Shown here: positions 57,925 through 64,000 of the stretch, piece after piece
Layout: every line of letters begins with the position of its first letter
Position numbering within the stretch: position 1 is the first letter of the stretch
Source: Acinetobacter phage ABPH49
Sequence record: MH533020.1
Direction: 5' to 3' (one strand)
Length of the DNA stretch: 64,000 nt
The notes under the pieces: generated by a model
What the model was told of the DNA's origin: nothing
The model's input: only the letters and a program-made list of their open reading frames with translations
The model's database searches: none
Made by a program: the position numbers and the translations under genes

Positions 57925-59928
57925 ATGGCAAATTTCGCCAAGTTCGCAGAAGCAGTTAAAGCACGTTTCGTTCAACTGGAAGCACGCGGTCTGTTCAAGG
58001 TCGAGCTGTCGAAAGACGAGATCTGGGACGCATATATGGCAGCGTTCCCGGCGGGCACCAACGAAATGTTCCGTGAGCGCCGTGAGTACGACTGTAACAC
58101 CTGTAAGCAATTCCTGCGTACCGCCGGTGGGTCTGTGGCAATCGGCGACAACGGTGAGCTGCTGTCAATCTGGGAAGTCGACGCTGAAGGTTACTACCAA
58201 GAAGTGGCCGACAAGATGGCGGCGCTGGTCAAGTCTGCTCAGATCCGTGGCAAGTTCTACCACTACGAAAACCGTGTGGGCATGAAAGAAACCCGCAACC
58301 TGTCCAATGTGGGTGACAAAGTTGAAGTGTACAACCACTTCTACGCTCCGCTGGCAAACAGCAGTGTCAAGCGTAAAGACGACATCGCAACTCAGCTGGG
58401 CCGCGAGCGTGCCAACAAAGACGTGCTGCTGCGGACGATGGAAGAGATCAGTCTCGATTCGGCAGAAACCGTACTGGAGCTGATTGCCCAGAACAGCCTG
58501 TACCGTGGAGAAGAGCACAAGCGCACCATCGAGCTGTTTGTACGACTGAAGCGTGCGTTCGATAAAGCCGACAACAAAGACACGTTCGCGTGGGTTGAGA
58601 GCCAGAAACTGGGTGAAGCTTCCAAGATCCGTAACACCGTGATCGGCACCCTGCTGTCCGACCTGTCAGAAGGTCAGGATCTGGAGAAGGCGGTTAAGTC
58701 GTTCGAAAGCAAAGTGGCACCGACCAACTACAAGCGCCCTACCGCGCTGGTAACTCCGGCCATGATCAAAAAGGCACAGGAGAAGGTTGAAGAGTTGGGC
58801 CTGATCGATGCACTGCCGCGCCGCTTCGCAGTGGCTACTGACCTGAACATCACGAACGTACTGTTCGCTGACCGTTCCGTCAAGCCTGCGATGAACGTGT
58901 TCGAAGAGCTGGCGCAGGGTACCGGCGTCAAAGCCAAGGACTTCGGCAAGGTTGAAGAGATCGGCATCGAAGACTTCCTGACCAAGGTACTGCCGTCGGC
59001 AGAATCTCTGGAAGTTCTGGTGGAGAACGGCCACACTGGCAACCTGATGAGCCTGATCGCTCCTCAGCACGCAGACGCTCCGAACCTGATGAAGTGGGGC
59101 AATAAGTTCAGCTGGTCGTACAACGGCGATGTTACCGACTCCATTAAGGAGCGTGTGAAGTCTGCCGGTGGTTGTGTCGAAGGTGCACTGCGTGTGTCTC
59201 TGGCATGGAGCAACCCGGACGATCTGGACCTGCACATGCGTACCCCGGACGGCCACCACATCTACTACGGTAACAAGCGTGGGGGCGGTGCGGAGCTGGA
59301 TCTGGACATGAACGGCATGGACAAACATGATGCCAACAACCCGGTAGAGAACATCATCTTCGTCAGCGAAGGTAAGATCAAAGAGGGTGTCTACACCGTG
59401 TGGGTAAATCAGTTCCGCCGTCGTTCTGGTGACCGTGTTGGTTTCACCGTGCAGCTGGATCACAAAGGTACGCAGTTTGACTTCAGCCACCCGAAAGAGC
59501 ACCGCTCCGGCGATGTGAATGTGGTTAAGTTCAACTACAGCCGTAAGGATGGCATCAAGATCATCGAATCGATGCCTCATACCAAGCAGTCGAAGGAAGT
59601 GTGGGGCGTAACCACCGAGAAGTTCCAGAAGGTCAGTATGGTGATGAACTCGCCAAACCACTGGGACGGTGAGCAGACCGGCAACAAGCACGTGTTCTTC
59701 ATCCTGCAAGGTTGTAAGAACCCTGACGCGGCACGCGGCTTCTACAATGAGTACCTGCGTGGCGATCTGGAAGAGCACCGTAAAGTGTTCGAGCTGCTGG
59801 GTGGCAAGATGAAGGTTGAGCCGTCCGACGATCAACTGAGTGGTGTTGGCTTCTCCAGCACGAACCGCAATAAAGTTGTCGTAAAAGTGACTGGAAAGGT
59901 TGCACGAACCCTGAAAGTTGTGTTCTAA
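57925..59928 (+). CDS. large hypothetical protein (667 aa), probably highly expressed
   Basis: AAGAGGAG RBS, own promoter, strongly biased codon usage (CGT/CTG/CCG), hairpin downstream. Confidence 0.8.
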   Translation: MANFAKFAEAVKARFVQLEARGLFKVELSKDEIWDAYMAAFPAGTNEMFRERREYDCNTCKQFLRTAGGSVAIGDNGELLSIWEVDAEGYYQEVADKMAALVKSAQIRGKFYHYENRVGMKETRNLSNVGDKVEVYNHFYAPLANSSVKRKDDIATQLGRERANKDVLLRTMEEISLDSAETVLELIAQNSLYRGEEHKRTIELFVRLKRAFDKADNKDTFAWVESQKLGEASKIRNTVIGTLLSDLSEGQDLEKAVKSFESKVAPTNYKRPTALVTPAMIKKAQEKVEELGLIDALPRRFAVATDLNITNVLFADRSVKPAMNVFEELAQGTGVKAKDFGKVEEIGIEDFLTKVLPSAESLEVLVENGHTGNLMSLIAPQHADAPNLMKWGNKFSWSYNGDVTDSIKERVKSAGGCVEGALRVSLAWSNPDDLDLHMRTPDGHHIYYGNKRGGGAELDLDMNGMDKHDANNPVENIIFVSEGKIKEGVYTVWVNQFRRRSGDRVGFTVQLDHKGTQFDFSHPKEHRSGDVNVVKFNYSRKDGIKIIESMPHTKQSKEVWGVTTEKFQKVSMVMNSPNHWDGEQTGNKHVFFILQGCKNPDAARGFYNEYLRGDLEEHRKVFELLGGKMKVEPSDDQLSGVGFSSTNRNKVVVKVTGKVARTLKVVF

Positions 59929-59989
59929 TACACACATGGCCCCGGTGCTCGGGGCCTAAACAACAAATTCCATTGAGAGGAGAATAAAG

Positions 59990-60388
59990 ATGACTACTAC
60001 CGCAAACCTGTTCGAACTGGCTGCACGTCGTAAGTTCCGTTTCGAGTCCCCACGTGGCCTGCTGACCGTAGAAGACCTGTTCGAGCTGCCGCTGACCGGC
60101 AAGCTGTCCCTGAACACCGTGGCGCAGCTGGTTAACCGCGACGTTAAGGCGCTGACCGAGGAAAGCTTCGTCGATACCCCGACCATTCAGGCATCTCTGG
60201 CGACTGACAAGCTGGAACTGGTTAAGCGTGTAATCGCTATCCGTAAAGAAGAAGGCGAACAGCAAGATCGTGCCCGCAACGCTGCGGCTCAGAAACAAAT
60301 CCTGCTGGCGGCGCTGGAGCGTAAAGACCAGCAAGATATCAACGAGCTGACCCGCGAAGAGCTGCTCGCTAAGCTGAAAGACCTGTAA
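59990..60388 (+). CDS. hypothetical protein (132 aa), highly expressed-type codon usage
   Basis: GAGAGGAG RBS; terminator follows. Confidence 0.7.
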   Translation: MTTTANLFELAARRKFRFESPRGLLTVEDLFELPLTGKLSLNTVAQLVNRDVKALTEESFVDTPTIQASLATDKLELVKRVIAIRKEEGEQQDRARNAAAQKQILLAALERKDQQDINELTREELLAKLKDL

Positions 60389-60401
60389 GGTAAAATCCCA
60401 G

Positions 60402-60428
60402 AGGCCCCTTCCGGGGCCTTTCTTACAT
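60402..60428 (+). terminator. rho-independent terminator AGGCCCC-TTCC-GGGGCCT-TTCTT
   Basis: 7-bp GC stem plus T-run. Confidence 0.65.
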
Positions 60429-60441
60429 TAGGAGAGAAGAG

Positions 60442-60981
60442 ATGATTACTATTCGTATCCCTGCTCAGATTCGTGGTGAAGAGCGAACCAACGTGAAAGA
60501 CCTGAACCTTGGCTTTGTTCGCCTTTCCTCTGTGTTCCAGCACCAGTTCGACCAGAAACTGGCCCGTGCCGTTCGTGGCATCACTCTGGAAAAGCGCCCA
60601 ACTGTTGGCAATACCCGATTCTTCCCGATCGACCTTGACCTGTCGCAGGAAGATATCGAAGAGTTCCGCATTGCCTCCGCCACCCAAGACCTGAGCCGAT
60701 ACACTACCAAGGTCCACAAGAAAGCCCAGAGTCTGGTAGACCTGATGGTTAGCCAGTGGGTAGCCATGATCCGTGATGAGCTGGCAGTATTCTCTGAGCA
60801 GAACCCGGGCAAGGCCGCCGCCGTAACTGCCGTAATCGAAGGCGCAGATACCGTGCTGAATGAAGAAATCCTGCCGGTCAACGTGTTCCTCCGTGACTAC
60901 GCCGACCGCACACCTCAGCTTCAGGTGGAAACATCTGTTAACTTCGTGGTCACCGAGGCTGAAGTAAAACAGGAAGGCTAA
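60442..60981 (+). CDS. hypothetical protein (179 aa)
   Basis: AGGAGAGAAG RBS. Confidence 0.7.
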   Translation: MITIRIPAQIRGEERTNVKDLNLGFVRLSSVFQHQFDQKLARAVRGITLEKRPTVGNTRFFPIDLDLSQEDIEEFRIASATQDLSRYTTKVHKKAQSLVDLMVSQWVAMIRDELAVFSEQNPGKAAAVTAVIEGADTVLNEEILPVNVFLRDYADRTPQLQVETSVNFVVTEAEVKQEG

Positions 60982-61328
60982 TGGCAAAGGTCCTCAACTT
61001 CTACAAAGAGGGCCTAAAGATCCCAGACGGTGCTGTGTACATTGGCAGGCGCATGGTTAAACACGGGCTTTCTGCCAGCAAGTTTGCCAACCCCTTCCGT
61101 TTATCTGACGATGAACCAAGGGGTGCTACCATTGAGCGGTACCGGCACTGGCTCTGGGAAAATATCAGGTCCGGCAAGATAACAGAGAAAGATCTGCTTG
61201 CATTGGAAGGTAAAGATGTAGTATGCTTCTGTCATCCGGCACCATGTCATGGTGATGTGGTGGTAAAGGCTGTTGAATGGGCAATTAGGAGAAGAGATGA
61301 AAGATTATCGTCGTACAAAAAGAAGTGA
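60981..61328 (+). CDS. DUF4326-like protein (conserved C.C.P.PCHGDV motif)
   Basis: VVCFCHPAPCHGDVV near the C-terminus. Confidence 0.55.
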   Translation: MAKVLNFYKEGLKIPDGAVYIGRRMVKHGLSASKFANPFRLSDDEPRGATIERYRHWLWENIRSGKITEKDLLALEGKDVVCFCHPAPCHGDVVVKAVEWAIRRRDERLSSYKKK

Positions 61329-61713
61329 TAACTCCCCTGTCGAGTACATGATGGGCACCGGTGAGATCTGCATGGTGATTCACGCAGACGGTAATACCAA
61401 CATCATGACCGATGCTGACCGTGTCGTCATTTCCACCAAGTATGCCGCAGTGGCCCTGCGTAATATGCTGAATGATGCGTATTCTCGCGGTGAGCTGGGT
61501 GTCGAACCAGAGAAGAAGGTTAGTGTATTCTGTGAGTGGGATATCGGCCAAGAGAACCTTGTGTTTAACAGCAAGGAAGAGGCTAAACAGTGGCTGATCG
61601 ACAACACCAATCTGGAAGAGTGCTACGAAGAAGGCCTCGAGGGCGTTGAAGCCGTTGATGACCTGATCGGCGCGGGTCTGGTTGGATTCACAGAACTGAC
61701 TGGCGGCCACTAA
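61297..61713 (+). CDS. hypothetical protein (~138 aa)
   Basis: GGAGAAGAG RBS before ATG (MKDYRRTKR); overlaps the upstream gene by ~30 nt. Confidence 0.5.
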   Translation: MKDYRRTKRSDNSPVEYMMGTGEICMVIHADGNTNIMTDADRVVISTKYAAVALRNMLNDAYSRGELGVEPEKKVSVFCEWDIGQENLVFNSKEEAKQWLIDNTNLEECYEEGLEGVEAVDDLIGAGLVGFTELTGGH

Positions 61714-62003
61714 TGCGTCGCTCAGCCCGGTTTGACACCGGCACTCCAAAATTGTTCAAAGGTTGGTTTGCGTTTGTTGGGATCATGATTGTCGCTATGG
61801 TTTCATTGACCGCAACGCATATGTATCTTGACGTGCAGGACGACATCAAGTATAACTGTCAACCTACCGGACAGCAGCGCATGGTGAACTCCATGCTGCA
61901 CGCATCAGATTCGGCTATGTCCACACTGGTAGTTCAAGACCAGTTTGAATGCGACGGTGGCCGCATCAAGTGGAAAACTCAGTACAACCAGTTTGGAGGT
62001 TAA
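61713..62003 (+). CDS. membrane protein (96 aa)
   Basis: TAATG coupling; TM helix WFAFVGIMIVAMVSL. Confidence 0.55.
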   Translation: MRRSARFDTGTPKLFKGWFAFVGIMIVAMVSLTATHMYLDVQDDIKYNCQPTGQQRMVNSMLHASDSAMSTLVVQDQFECDGGRIKWKTQYNQFGG

Positions 62004-62004
62004 A

Positions 62005-62238
62005 ATGGCACAGAACTTGCACATCAACAACTATCAAGAGCGTGTAACCATGCTGGCGCGGGAGATCTTTATTGCCGCCGGGGGTAAAATGGTACCATCG
62101 GATGCCTTCATCCACGCTAAGCGGTTCATCGAAGAACAGCAGTGGCAAGAAGATAAGGCTCGTAAGGAGTCAGAAGAGGAGTTGGCACGCACGCTGGCCC
62201 GAGCAAACAAACCACACGGGGGTACGTTACGTGGCTAA
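62005..62238 (+). CDS. hypothetical protein (~77 aa)
   Basis: GGAGG RBS. Confidence 0.6.
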   Translation: MAQNLHINNYQERVTMLAREIFIAAGGKMVPSDAFIHAKRFIEEQQWQEDKARKESEEELARTLARANKPHGGTLRG

Positions 62239-62245
62239 GAATCAC

Positions 62246-62845
62246 ATGATGTTGGATATTGAGACTCTCGATCTCAAACCAACGGCTGCGGTATTGAGCA
62301 TCGCGGCGACATTCTTCGATCCGCTTACCGGCGAGCTGGGTGAAAGCTTTGATAAGCAGATCAACCTGAAGTCGTGCACGGACCTCGGCCTGACTGTTGA
62401 TCCTTCCACAATTATGTGGTGGATGGAGCAGTCGAAGGAGGCTCAGGACGCCTTCAAAGGTAACAACAAGGCGCAGGCCTTGTCAGAGGTACTCATCAAC
62501 TTCCACAACTGGGTAACTCTGCATAGAGGCTATCTGTTTTCAGATGGTGAGTCAGACCTCTGTGTATGGGGAAACGGCAAAGACTTCGATTGCGTAATCA
62601 TCGAAAATGCCTACCTCGCTGCGGGGATTAAACGCCTGTGCCCTTGGAAATTCTGGGAAACAATGGATGTTAGAACCCTTGTCCAGCTCGGGTCAATGGC
62701 TGGTGTTCCTGACTTCAAGAAAATGGCACTTGACAACTTCAAAGGTGTCAAGCACAATGCTCTCGATGACGTGCAGAACCAGATTAAGTACGTTGTCCAG
62801 TACACACAGGCGCTGGTAGGCAAAGGTGGTGTTGATGCTCAGTAA
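62246..62845 (+). CDS. DEDDh-family 3'-5' exonuclease (DnaQ-like)
   Basis: Exo I LDIETLDL, Exo II VWGNGKDFDCVII, Exo III HNALDDV; start at ATG 62246 or GTG 62231. Confidence 0.7.
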   Translation: MMLDIETLDLKPTAAVLSIAATFFDPLTGELGESFDKQINLKSCTDLGLTVDPSTIMWWMEQSKEAQDAFKGNNKAQALSEVLINFHNWVTLHRGYLFSDGESDLCVWGNGKDFDCVIIENAYLAAGIKRLCPWKFWETMDVRTLVQLGSMAGVPDFKKMALDNFKGVKHNALDDVQNQIKYVVQYTQALVGKGGVDAQ

Positions 62846-63356
62846 ATTGAAAGCGTGGTTCGCCAAGTGGCTGCATGGTAAAGTTGAAAAGGTTTCGGTT
62901 CAGGATCCTTATCTTCGACAATTCGTAACTTTGGAAAAGGAACGAAAAGAAGATGTTTCCCCGACCGGACGTCGAAATCTTGAAGCCCTTCGGCACCAAA
63001 AAGAGATCGACAAAGCCATCTCGCAGATGGCGAGTCTTCGCAAACGAAACATCGTGAAGCCGAAGCCGGGTAACCACCCGGGTTGGCGTAGCCAAGGATC
63101 TCCATACGACGCTACGTTTGGTATTCGTTCGAATGAAAGACCGCGCCAGAGTGATGGTGGAACTATTGACCCGGCAACCGCCGTGACAATGGGATACATG
63201 CTGGGTTCTATGCCTGATGTGTCTACCTCACACTCAACGCGGTCCAGCAGCAGTAGTGATAGCTGTGATTACCACAGCAGTCATAGCAGCTCATCATCGA
63301 GCAGTTATGACAGCAGCTCTTACGACAGTGGGTCTTCCTACTCAAGTTCAAGCTGA
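62835..63356 (+). CDS. hypothetical protein with Ser/Tyr-rich low-complexity C-tail
   Basis: AAGGTGG RBS; last ~45 aa are Ser/Tyr/Asp-rich (SSSSSDSCDYHSSHSSSSSSSYDSSSYDSGSSYSSSS). Confidence 0.55.
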   Translation: MLSKLKAWFAKWLHGKVEKVSVQDPYLRQFVTLEKERKEDVSPTGRRNLEALRHQKEIDKAISQMASLRKRNIVKPKPGNHPGWRSQGSPYDATFGIRSNERPRQSDGGTIDPATAVTMGYMLGSMPDVSTSHSTRSSSSSDSCDYHSSHSSSSSSSYDSSSYDSGSSYSSSS

Positions 63357-63405
63357 GATTAAACCGAGCAAACGCTCATCATAAACTGGGAATAGGAGAA
63401 GTATC

Positions 63406-63798
63406 ATGGGAACACAAACAAACAAAGCGCCACAACGACTGACCGACGAAGAGTTTCAGGGTTGCCTGAAGCACTGGCCTACCGCTTATGCCACCGGGCA
63501 GAGCGAAGACCCACATCAGTTGTTTGCGTCATTGATGGGCGTAACTCGTAACGAGGCCAAGCGCATTTCGTGGACTTACATCTACACGAACAAAAAGCCG
63601 TGGGTTATGGACCACATGGCTTACGAACGGCACCGTATCAGCGTCCTGTCTCGAGAACTGATCAAGATGCACCGTGCCAACGGGGTGGACATGTCAGTTT
63701 ATCAACTGCTCAATTGGGCGGATGACGAGGTTCAAAAAGAGAAAGCGGCCCGGGCAGAACGTATTGCCAAGCAAAAGGAGGAGGCTAAAAATGTTTGA
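63406..63798 (+). CDS. hypothetical protein (130 aa)
   Basis: AGGAGAAG RBS. Confidence 0.65.
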   Translation: MGTQTNKAPQRLTDEEFQGCLKHWPTAYATGQSEDPHQLFASLMGVTRNEAKRISWTYIYTNKKPWVMDHMAYERHRISVLSRELIKMHRANGVDMSVYQLLNWADDEVQKEKAARAERIAKQKEEAKNV

Positions 63799-64000
63799 TC
63801 TTCTTATCACGATCTCTACTCCGCCGACAGGTAGCGTCCTCCTGTCCGCGATCCTGAAGGTATTCTTCACGGCGGCACTGATCAGCCTGTTCATCCTCCC
63901 GATGATAATTGCTGGTGCCCGCCGGGTTAAGAACTGGTTCTGGACCAGCATGTTCGTCTGGATCAGTGTCCTTCCGTTGGTGATCCCTTCGAAAGACCCC
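63791..64000 (+). CDS. membrane protein, 3'-truncated by the window edge
   Basis: AAGGAGGAGG RBS; multiple hydrophobic helices; no stop inside the window. Confidence 0.55.
   Translation, partial: MFDLLITISTPPTGSVLLSAILKVFFTAALISLFILPMIIAGARRVKNWFWTSMFVWISVLPLVIPSKDP

Noticed and set aside
1-64000. Prophage or integrative element features (integrase, att sites, transposase/IS)
   Set aside because: No tyrosine or serine recombinase motifs, no IS-like inverted repeats with a transposase ORF, and gene content typical of a virulent phage. The window looks like a contiguous internal part of a lytic phage genome.

Overview
The window looks like part of a lytic double-stranded-DNA phage genome from an enterobacterial-type host. 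I found no rRNA, tRNA, CRISPR array, integrase or transposase. Transcription runs in two arms from a divergent promoter hub at about 31.85-31.96 kb.

Left arm (1-31.85 kb, minus strand). About 85 tightly packed genes, mostly small and likely early/host-takeover genes. Many have overlapping stop/start codons and strong Shine-Dalgarno sites. I recognise a TraR/DksA-type zinc finger, an HD-domain (p)ppGpp hydrolase of the Mesh1/SpoT type, a CobS-like MoxR AAA+ ATPase, and a CobT-like VWA protein with an N-terminal HExxH metallopeptidase-like domain and a roughly 100-aa acidic linker. The arm carries several canonical sigma70 promoters, and five of them are followed by the same 5' hairpin. It also carries GC-rich hairpins at gene boundaries, a 1.3 kb non-coding gap (7.5-8.9 kb), and a 1.1 kb non-coding region (22.4-23.5 kb) with tandem 67-bp repeats.

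Right arm (31.96-64 kb, plus strand). Small genes of unknown function, then a replication and nucleic-acid-processing module:
- a macro domain protein
- an Rnl2-type RNA ligase
- a beta-helical repeat protein
- a SleB-like cell-wall hydrolase with a signal peptide, plus a small membrane protein
- a Dda/PIF1-like helicase
- a T7 gp4-like primase-helicase
- an HNH endonuclease
- a family-A DNA polymerase
- two paralogous Cys-rich / T5orf172 (GIY-YIG-like) genes in a low-GC island
- two DUF2158 (YodC-like) paralogs
- a DUF4326-like protein
- a DEDDh 3'-5' exonuclease

Functions are assigned only where sequence motifs are recognisable, and most products stay hypothetical. Coordinates of ORFs shorter than 60 aa that are missing from the supplied track are approximate (within 1-2 nt).
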